Assembly: GCF_009914755.1 (NCBI RefSeq) | Contig: NC_060947.1 | DNA length: 64,000 nt | DNA from: the human T2T-CHM13v2.0 reference genome, Homo sapiens | Strand: one strand, 5' to 3' | Notes under the pieces: generated by a model | The model's input: the letters and a program-made list of their open reading frames with translations, nothing else | Database searches by the model: none | Told to the model about the DNA's origin: nothing | Program-made: the position numbers and the translations under genes | Shown here: one piece after another, positions 53,301 through 64,000 of the stretch | Numbering within the stretch: position 1 is the first letter of the stretch | How the letters are laid out: every line of letters begins with the position of its first letter

Positions 53301-56300
53301 TATGAATATGTTTTGTGATATTTATTTCACTCACAGAATGGAACCTGTGTTTTAATTCTGCAGGTTGCAAACACTCTTTTGGTAAAATCTACAAAAGGAC
53401 ATTTCTGTGCCCATTCACACTTATAGTGAAAAACTGAATATCCTGTGACAAAAACTAAAAATATGTAATCTGTGAAAATGGTTTTTGATATGTGTTTATT
53501 TATCTGACAGAATGAAACCTGTGTTTTGACTCACTGGGTGGGAAACACACTTTTTTGGAATCTATTAATGGACATTACTGAGCTCACTGAGGTTTGTAGT
53601 GAAAAACCAAATATCTCACGAATATTATCTAGGAACAAGATAAATGTGAAAATTCTTTGTGCTGAGTCAATTCATGTGAGAGAGATTAACTTGAATTTTC
53701 CTTCACCAGGTTTGAAACACATTTTTTTGTAGAATCTATGAAGGGACATTTCAGAGCCCGTTGAGGTTCATAGTGAAAAACAAAATATCCCACGATAAAT
53801 ACTAGAAACTAGCTATGTGTGAAAATGCGTTGTGATGTGTGGGTTCATCTCACAGAACAAAATCTGCATTTTGATTCACTAGGTTGGAAAGCCTCTTTTT
53901 ATAAAATCTATAAAGAGACAGTTCTGAACCCATTGAAGCCTATAAAGGAAAACTGAATATCCTATGGTAAAAATGAGAAACAGTCTTTAAGTGAAAATAC
54001 CTTGTTATGTGTGGATTCATTTCTCAGAATGGAACTTGTGTTTTGATTAAACAGATTGGAAATACTCTTCTTGTAGTATCTACAAAAGGACATTCTTGAG
54101 CCCATTGATGCCTAAGGTGTTAAAATAAATGGCCCACACTAAATACTGGAAAGAAGCTACCTGTGAAAATACTTTGTGATATTTGGGTTCATCTCCCAAA
54201 ATAAAACCTGAGTTTTGATTCACCAGTAAAGAACCTGTCTTTTTGTAGTATCTATGAAGGCAAATTTCTGAGCTTATTGAAGACTTCAGTGAAAAACCAT
54301 ATATCCCATGATAAAAACTAAAAGCATGCTATTTGTGAAAATGCTTTATAATGTGTGGATTCATCTCACTGAATGGAAACTATGTTTTGAGTCACAAGGT
54401 TGGAAACACTCTTTTTGTAGAATCTACACATGGACATTTCTGAGCCCAGTGAGGCCTATAGTGATAAACTGAATATACTGAGATAAACACTAGAAACAGG
54501 GTATCTCTAAAAATGTTTTGTGATGTGTCAGGTCATCTCACAGAATGGAACTTGAGTTTATGTGCACCAGTCTGGAAATACTCTTTTTGTAGACTCTAAA
54601 ATATGACATTTCTGAGCCCATTGACTCCCATACTGAAAACCAAAATATCCTGCCATAAATAGTAAAACAATTATCTGTGGAAATGCTTTGTGATGTGTGG
54701 GATCTTCTCACAGAATGTAATCTGTTTTTATTCACCAGGTGGAAAACACTTTCTTTGTAGGATGTACAAAGGGACACTTTGGAGCCCATTTAAGCCTATA
54801 ATTGGAAATGGAATATCCCATGATAAAAACTAGAAACAAGCTATCTTTGAAACTGCTTAGTGATATATGGATTCAAGTCACAGAACAGAAACTGTGTTTT
54901 GCTACACCAGGTTGAAAACACTCTTTTTGTAGAACCTATGAAGGGACAATTCTGAACCCATTTAGAAGTATAGTGGAAAACCAAATATCTCCCAGTAAAA
55001 AATAGAAAGAAGCTATTTGAGAAAATGCTTTGTGATGTGTGGATACATGTCACAGAATGGAAGCTGTTTTTTGATTCTCCAGGTTAAAAACTTTCTTTTG
55101 TAGAATCTACGAACGAACATTTCTGAGCCACTTAATGCTTGATAAACACTAGAAAGAAGTTGTGTGTGAAAATGCTTTGTGATGTGTTGATTCATCACAA
55201 AAATGGAAACTACATTTTGATTCACCAGGTTGGAAAAACACTCTGTTTGTATAACCTACAAACAGATATTTCTGAGCCCATTGAGTCCTATATTTGAAAA
55301 CAAAATATCCCAGGATAAAAAGTAGAAACAAGCTATCTGTGAAAATGCTTTTTGATGTGTGAATTCATCTCACAGAAAGGCACCTGTGTTTTGAATCAGC
55401 AGGTTGGAAACACTCTTTTTGTAGAGTCTACCAACGAAAATTTCTGAGCCCATTGAGCTCTACATTGGAAAACATAATATTCCGTGATATAAATTTAAAA
55501 CAAGCTCACTATGACAACACTCTGCTATTAGTGAATTCATCTATCTGAATAAAACCTGTTTTTATTCATCTGGTTGGAGGTAATCTTTATGTAGAATCTA
55601 CGAGTGGACATTTCTGAGCCCATTGACACCTATAGTGAAAAACTGGATATCCCCGGATAAATACTAGAAACAAGCAATCTGTGAAAATGATTTGTGATGT
55701 GTGGATTCATCTAACAGAATTGAACCTGTGTTTTGATTCACCAGCCTGGAAACACTCTTTTTGTAGGCTCTAAAGAGAAACATTGGTGAGCCCATTGATG
55801 CCTAGTGAAAACCAGAATATCCCACCATAAATACTAAAACAAGAACCTGTGAAAATACTTTGTGATGTGTGGGTTCATCTCACAGAATTGAACCTGTGTT
55901 TTCATTCACCAAGTGAGAAGCACTTTTTTGGAAGAATGTATGAAGGAACGTACCTGAGCCCATTTATGCCTATAGTGAAAAACTGAATATCCCATGATAA
56001 AAACTAGAAAAAAGCTATCTGTAAAAATGCTTTGTGATGCATCGATTCTTGTCACAGAATGGAACCTGAGTTTTGATTCACCAGGTTGGAAAAACTTTTC
56101 TTGTAGAAGCTATGAAGGGACATTTCTGAGCCCATTAAGGCCTACAGTGTAAAAACGAATATCCTATGATAAAATCAAGAAACAAGCTAACTGTGAAAAT
56201 GCTTTGTGATATGTTGGTTCATCTCACAGAATGGAAACTACATTTTAACTCATCAGGTTGAAAATGCACTTTTTGTAAAATCTACAAAGGGACACCTCTG

Positions 56301-57281
56301 AGCCCATTGAGTATTATAGTGAAAAACTGAATATCAAGTGATAAAAACTAGAAACAAGCTATCTGTGAAAATGATTTGTGATTTGTGGATTCATCTCACA
56401 GCATAGAACCTGTGATTTGATTCCGCAGGTTGGAAACAATCATTTTGTGGAATTCGCAAACGGACATTTCTGAACCCATTGAAGCTTATAGTGAGAAACT
56501 GGATATCCCGTGGTTAAACACTAGAACGAAGCTAATGTGAAAATGCATTGCAAAGTGCGGATTTATCTCACAGAATGGAACAAGTGTTTCCATTCTGGAG
56601 GTAGAAACAGCCTCTGTGTAGAATCTATAAATGTACATTTTTAAGCCCATTGACTCCTGCAGTGAAAAACCAGATATTCCATGATAAAATGTAGAAATAA
56701 GCTATTTCTGAAAGTGCTTTGTAATGTGTGAATTCATCTCATGGAATGAAAACTGTGTTTTGATTCACCAGGTTAGTATTGTAGAATCCACAAAAAGATA
56801 TTTCTGAGCTCATTGAGGTCTATACTATAAATCTGAATATCCCACAATAAATACTAGAAGCAAGCTCTCTGTGAAAATGCTTTGTCATGGTTGGTTTCAT
56901 GTCACAGAATGTAACCAGTGTTGTGATTCACCAGGTTGGAAACACTGTTCTTGTAGAATATACGAAGGGTTATGTCTGAGCTCATTGAACCCAATAATGA
57001 AAAACCAAATACTTTGCAATAAATACCGAGAACAAGATTTCTGTGAAAATTCTTTGTGATGTATGGGTTCATCTCACAGAATGAAACCTGCGTTTTGACT
57101 CACAAGGTTGGAAACCCTCTTTTTGTAGAATCTACAAAAGGGACATTTCTGAGCCTATTGATGCCTACAGTGAAAAACTGAATATCCTGCAAGAAAAACT
57201 AGAAACTAGCTATCTGAAAATGCTTTGTGATGTGTGGATTTTTCTCACAGAATGGAAATTGCGTTTTGATTCACCAAATTA
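50376..57281. repeat. Monomeric alpha satellite, segment 4
   Basis: ~171-bp units. Confidence 0.92.
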
Positions 57282-57583
57282 TTTTTTGTCTTTTTTTTTT
57301 GAAATGGGGTTGTGCTCTTTATTGTTCGGGCTGAAGTTCAGCGGAGTGATCTCTGCTCACTGCAACCTATATCTCCAAGGTTCATCCAATTCTCCTGTCT
57401 CAGCCTAATGAGTAGCTGAGATTACAGGTGCCCATGACCATGCCCCGCTAACTTTTGTATTTTAATAGATATGGGGTTTCACTATGTTGGCCAGGCTGAT
57501 CTCAAACTCCTGACCTCACGTGATCCACCCATGTCGGCCTCCCAAAGTACTGAGATTGCAGGCATAAGACAACATGCCCAGCC
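57282..57583 (-). mobile_element. Alu, AluSq/Sx-like, heavily diverged
   Basis: T-rich tail, GCTCTTTATTG (Sq-type extra base), GTTGGCCAGGCTGATCTCAAACTCCTGACCTCACGTGATCC; ends CCCAGCC. Confidence 0.82.
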
Positions 57584-60500
57584 ACTTTTTTGTAAAATGA
57601 ATGAATGAACATTTCTGGGCCTATTGAAAACTATAGTGAAAAACAGAATATCCTGAGAACAAAAAGTGGAAACAAGCTAAATGTGAAAATGCTTTGTGAT
57701 GCTTAGATTCATCTCAAAGAATAAAAACTTTGTTTTGATTCACCAGGTTGGAAACAGTCTTTTTGTAGAATATATGAAGAAATATTTCTGAGCTCATTGA
57801 AGCCAATACTGAAAAACCAAATATTTTACAATAAATACTAGAAACAAGCTTTCTGTGAAAATGCTTTGTGATGGGTGGGTTCATCTCACAGAATGCAACT
57901 TGCATTTTAACTGAACAGGTTTGGCAACCCTCTTATTGTAGAATCTACGAAGGGACATTCTTGAGCCCATTAAGTCCTACAATGAAAAAAAATCCCCTTA
58001 TAAAAACTAGAAATAATCTATCTGTGAAAATGCTTCATGATGTGTGGATTCATCTCACAGAAAAGAACCGTTTTTTTCATTCACCAGGTTGGAAACACTC
58101 TTTTTGTAGAATCTGTGAAAGGACATTTCTGTGCCCATGGATGCATATGGTGAAAAACGGAGTATACCACAATAAATACTAGAAACACGTGATCTGTGAA
58201 AATGCTTTGTGATGTGTGGAATTACTTCACAGAATGAAACGTGTGTTGTGATTCACCAGTCTGTAAACACTTTTTGTAGACATTACTAAGGGATATTTCT
58301 GATCCCAATGATGCCTACAGTGAAAAACAGCATATCTCATAATAAATATTAGAAACAAGAATCCACGAAAATGATTTGTGATGTGTGGATTCATCTCACA
58401 GAACGAAACCTGTGTTTTGATTCACAAGGATGGAAACACTTTTTGTAGTAAATATAAAGAGAAATTTCAGACCTATTTGACACCTGTAGTGAAAAACTGA
58501 ATATCCCACCTTAAAAACTAGAAACAAGCTATTTCTGAAAATGCTTTGCGATGTGTCAATTCATCTCAGAGAATGGAACCTGTGAATTGACTTACCAGGT
58601 TGGAATCACTCTTTTTGTAAAATCAATGGATGGACATTTCTGAGTTATTTGACACTTATAGTGAAAAAAAGAATATCTTGTGATAAATACTAGAAAAAAG
58701 CTATCTGTGAAAAATGCTTTGTGACATATGGGTTTATGTAACAGAATGGAATCTGTGTTTTTATTCACCAGGTTGAAAACACTCTTTATGTTGAATCTAC
58801 GAAGGGAAATTTCTGAGCTAATTGACTCCTACAGTGAAAAACCAAATATCTTTTGATAAGAAATAGAAACAAGCTATCTGTGAAAATGCTTTGTGATGTG
58901 TGGGTTTATCTCACAGAATTGAACTTGTGTTTTGATTCAGCAGGTTGGAAACACTGTTTTTGTAGAATCTACAAAAGAAAATTTCTGAGCTCATTGAGGC
59001 CTATAGAGAAAAGCTGAATATTCTACGATAAGAAATACAAACAAGCTATATGTGAAAATGCTTTGTGATGTGTGGATTAATTTCACAAATTGGAACTTTA
59101 TGTTTTGATTTTGCAGGTTGGAAACCCTTATTTTTGTAGAATCTACTAACAGACATTCCTGGGCCCATTGATGCCTACTGTGAAAAACCAAATATCTTGT
59201 GATAAATACTAGAAACAAGCTATTTGTGAAAATGCTTTGTTATTTGTGGATTCATCTCACAGAAAGGAACCTGTGTTTTGATTCACCAGTCTGGAACCAC
59301 TCTATTTGTTGACTCTACTATGGGACATTTCTGATCACAAAGATGCCTATAGTGAAAAACAATATCCTGTTATATATACTATAAACAAGAATCTGTGAAG
59401 ATGCTTTGTGATGTATGGATTCATCTCACAGAATGGAGTGTGTGTTTTGATTCAAGAGGTTAGAAACAGTCTTCTTGTAGTATCTACGAAGAGAAATTTC
59501 TGAGCTAATTGAGGCCTGTAATGAAAAAGCAAATATTCCATGATAAAAACTAGAAAAATGCTGTCTCTGAATATGCTTTGTGATTTGTCGATTCATCTCA
59601 CAAAATGAAAACTGTGGTTTGTTCCACCAGATTAGAAGCACTTTATGTAGAATCTACAAAAGAACATTTCTGAGTCTTTTGACACCTATAGTGAATAAAA
59701 GAATATCCCACAATAAATACTACAATCACACTATCCGTGAAAACACTTTGGATATGTGGATTCATCAAAGAGAATGGAGCATGTGTTTTAATTAACCAAG
59801 TTGGAAACACTCTTTATGTAGAATATATATATATATATATATAATTCTGAGCTCATTGATGCCTATAGTGAAAAACAGAATATCCTGCAATAATAAATAG
59901 AAACAAGCTATCTGTGAAAATGCTTTGTGATCTGTGGGTTAATCTCACAGAATGGAACATGAGTTTCTATTCACCAGGTTGGAAATACTTTTTTTGTAGA
60001 ATATACAAAGGGGCATTTCTGGGTCCATTCAAGCTTATAGTAAAAAACTGAATATCCCACAATAAGTGCTAGAAACAAGCTATTTGTAAAATGCATTGTG
60101 ATGTGTGCATTTATCTCACAAAATAGAAACTGTGTTTTGATTCAGCAGGTTGGAAACACTGTTTTTGTTGAATCTACAATGGGATATTTCTGAGCCCATT
60201 GAGGCCTATAGGAATAAAAAACTAATATATTGTGGTAAAAATGACCAAAAAAGCTATATGTGAAAATGCTTTGTGACATGTGGATTAATTTAACAGAATG
60301 GAAATTGTGTTTTGATTCAGAAGGCTGAAAACAATTTTTTTGTAGAATCTATGAAAGGATATTCCAGAGCCCATTGACACCTATTGTGAAAAACCAAATA
60401 TCCCAAGATAAACACTAGAAACAAGCTATCTGTGAAAATGCTTTGTGATGTGTGGTTTTGTCTCAAAGAATGGAACCTGTGTTTTGATTCACCAGGTAGG

Positions 60501-63500
60501 GAACACTCATTTTGTAGTATCTACAAAGGGACATTTCTGAGCCCTTTAAAAGCTGTAGTGAAAAACCAAATATCCCTTGATAAAAATAACAAATAACCTG
60601 TGAAAATGTTTTTGATGTGTGGATTTATCTCACAGAAAAAATCCTGTGTTTTGAATCAGCAGGTTAAGAACCCTTTTTTTTTGTAGACTCTACGAACGAA
60701 CATTCCTGAGCCTATTGACGCCTAAAGTGAAAAACCGAATATCATGCAATAAAAACTAGGAACAAGCTGTCTTCAAAATGCTTTGTTGTGTGTGGATTCA
60801 TCTCACAGAATTAAAATTGTGTTTTGATTCAACAGGTTAGAAACACTCTTCTTGTAGAATCTATGAAGGGACATTTCTGAGCCCACTGACTCCTACAGTG
60901 AAAAACAAAATAGCATGCAATTAATAGTAGAAACAAGCTATCTGTGAAAATGCTTTGTGCTGTGTGGTTTCATCTCACAGAATGGAATGTTTGTTTTGAT
61001 TTACCATGTTGGAAACACTCTTTTTGAGGAATCTACAATGGGAAATGTATGAGTCCATGGATTCCTAGAGTGTAAATCTGAATATCCTATTATAAAAACT
61101 AGAAACAACCTATCCCTGAAAAGGCTTTGTGATGTTTGAATGCATCTAACAGAATTGAACCTCAGTTTTGATTCACCAGGTTGAAACAGTCTTCTAGGAC
61201 ATTTCTGAGCCCATTGATGCCTATGGTGAGATACCACATATCCGGTGATAAAAACTAGAAACAAGCTATTTGTAAAAAATCTTGTGATGTGTGGCTTCAC
61301 CTCCCAGAAAGGAAATTGTGTTTTGATTCCGCAGTTTGGAAACACTGTCTCTGTAGAATCTACAAACCAACATTTCTGAGCCCTTTGACACCTATAGTGA
61401 GATATTGAGTATCCTGTGCCAAAAAGTAGAAACAAGCTATCTGTGAAAATGCTTTGTGTTTGTGGATTCATCTCACAGAATGGAACATATGTTTTGATTC
61501 ATCAGGTTAGAAACACTCTTTGTAGAATCTACAAACCAACATTTTTGAGCACATTGACCACTACAGTGAAAAACCAAATATCAGGTAATATAAACTAGAA
61601 ACAAGCTACTTCTGAAAATACTTTCTGATGTGTAGATTCATCTTACAGAATGGAACCTCTGTTTTGATTCACCACGTTGAAAAGGTTTTTTTTGTAAAAT
61701 TTACCAAGGGATATTTCTGAGCTTTTTTCTACCTGTAGTGGAAAACCATATATACCATGATAAAAACAAGAAACAAGTTATCTGTGAAAATATTTTGTGA
61801 GTAGTGGGCTTATCTCACAGAATGGAACCTGGTTTTTTTCTTTGGTGTTTTGTTTTTTTTTCACCAGGTTGGTAACACTCTTTTTAATGAATCAGTGAAG
61901 GGACATTTTGAAGCCCAATGAGTTAGGTAGTTAAAAACAAAATATCCCACGATAACTATGAGAAACAAGCTATATGTGAAAATGCTCTGTGATGTGGGCT
62001 TTCAGCTCACAGAGTGGAACCTGTGTTTTGTTTCATCAGGTTGGAAACACTATTTTTATAGAACCTTCACACAGGCATTTCTGAGCTCATTGAATCCAAT
62101 ACTGAAAAACCAATTATCCCTCGATAAAAACTGGAAACAAGCTCTCTGAAAATAATTTGTAATTTCGGGATTCATCTCAAAAATTGGAATCGGTGATTTG
62201 ATTAACCAGGTTGGAAAAACTCTCTTTGTAGAATCTGTGAAGGGACTTTACTGAACCCTTTAACCCCTGTAGTGAAAACCAGAATATCAGGTGATTAAAA
62301 ACTAGAAACAAGTTATCTGTGAAAATGCTTTATGAGAATTGAGTTTATCTCACAGAATGGATCCTATGTTTTGATTAACCAGGTTGGAATCATTCTCCCT
62401 GTAGTATCTATGAAGTGACATTTCTTAGCCTATTCAGACCTATAGTGGAAAAATGAATATCACATGATAAAAACTAGAAACAAGCTATCTGTAAAAATGC
62501 TTTGTGATGTGTGGATTCATGTAACAGAATATAACTGAGTTTTGATTCAGATAGCTAAAAAACACTCTTTCTGAAGAATCTATGAAAGGACATTTTGAGC
62601 CCACTGTGGACTACAGTGGAAATCAAAATACCTTGCGATAAGACTAGAAACAAGCTATCTGTAAATATGTTATGTGATGTCTGGATTTACCTAACAGAAA
62701 ATGAAACTGCGTTTTGATTCACCTGGTTGGAAACACTGTTTTTGCAGATTTTATGAAGGGAAATTTCTGAGCCCATTGAAGCCTATGTTGAAACACTGAA
62801 TATCTTTCAGTAAATACAAAAAGCATTCTATCTGTGAAAATGCTTCATGATGTGTTGTTTTACCTCACACAATGGAAGCTGCGTTTTGATTCACCAGGTT
62901 GGAAACACTCTTTGTAGAATCTAAGGATGTAAATTTCTTATCCCATTGACACATATAGTGGAAAACAGAATATCTTGCAATAAAAACTAGAAGCTGTCTG
63001 TGAAAATGCTTTGTTATGTGTGGATTCATCTTACAGAATGGAACCTGTGTTTTAATTCACCAGGTTGATACCAGTCTTTTTGTAGAATCTACAAAAGGAC
63101 ATTTCTGAGCCCATTGATGTCTATAGTGAGAAACCAAATAATCCATAATAGAAATGAAACTAGCTATCTGTGAAAATTACTTGTGATGTGTGGGTTCATC
63201 TCACAGAATGGAACCTGTGTTTTAATTTACTAGGTTGGAATCACTTTTTGTACAATCTATGAAGAGAAATTTCTCAGCCCATTGAAGCCTATAGTGAAAA
63301 ACAAAATATCACATGTTAAATAATGAAACAAGGTATCTGTGAAAATGCTTCTGGATGAAGGGGTTCATCTCACAGAATAAAACCTGTGTTTTGATTAACC
63401 GGGTTGGAAACACACTTTTTCTAAAATCTACTCAGGGAAATTCCTGAACCCATTGAGGCCTATAGTGGAAAACAGAATATCATGTTATCAGTCCTATAGA

Positions 63501-64000
63501 GTTACACCTGTGTTTTGATTCACCAGGTTTTAAACACTGTTTTTGTAGAATCTACGAAGGGACATTTCTTAACCAATTGTAGCCTATAGTGAAAAACTGA
63601 ATATCTCATGATAAAAACTTGAAAGGAGCTGTATGTGAAAATGCTCTGTGATGTGTGGATTCATCTCAGGATGGAACCTGTGTTTTGGTTCACCAGGTTG
63701 GAACACTGTTTTGCAGATTCCAAGAAGAAACCTCCCTGAGCACTTTGAAACCTATAGTGAAAAACCAAATGCCCCATGATAAAAACTACAAACCATGTAT
63801 ATGTGAAAATCCTTTGCGAATTGTGTATTTATTTCACAGAAATTAACTTGTGTTTTGATTCACCAGGTTGGAAACACTCTTTTTGTAGAATCTGCAACAG
63901 GACATTTCTGAGCCCATTCAGGTATAATGTGAAAAACCCAATATCTCATGATAAAACTAGAAAGAAGCTATCTGTCAAAAAGCTTTGTGGCATATGCATT
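57584..64000. repeat. Monomeric alpha satellite, segment 5 (continues beyond the window)
   Basis: ~171-bp units carrying the A-box-like CCTATAGTGAAAAAC at the position where B-type monomers have a CENP-B box. Confidence 0.92.
59823..59843. repeat. (TA)n microsatellite inside an alpha monomer
   Basis: About 10 AT dinucleotides replacing the normal CTACAAAGGGAC segment. Confidence 0.8.

Noticed and set aside
35043-63846. Short ORFs with KMLCDVWIHLTEWN motifs
   Set aside because: Conceptual translations of alpha-satellite monomers.

Overview
This is human pericentromeric heterochromatin with no host gene, RNA gene or CRISPR/cas system that I can support. Layout: the 3' half of an older L1PA (1-3062); a ~31.5-kb array of a degenerate 35-bp satellite matching HSAT4 (3063-34652); an abrupt junction; then ~29 kb of diverged, monomeric ~171-bp alpha satellite with no CENP-B box seen (34650-64000). 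The 35-bp array contains a solo LTR10-family LTR, two AluS elements and a 5'-truncated human-specific L1HS with the pre-Ta ACG diagnostic and an open 741-aa ORF2 remnant. The alpha array contains a rearranged L1PA7-like element (nested LTR13, inverted L1 3' end with a 20-nt 3' transduction, ~3.8-kb internal loss), a truncated L1PA7/8A-like element, an AluY and an AluSq. Almost all short ORFs in the track are chance translations of repeats. The most interesting signals are structural: an ordered ~4-unit (about 140 bp) grammar in the 35-bp satellite that changes near 29.3 kb, phase-locked retrotransposon insertion sites, a TSD-less young L1HS, inverted L1 arms with shared variants, and a change in alpha monomer types near 53 kb. 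The HSAT4/ancient-alpha adjacency recalls the Xp pericentromere, but the chromosome cannot be determined from sequence alone. Subfamily calls rest on remembered diagnostic positions and need RepeatMasker/Dfam confirmation.
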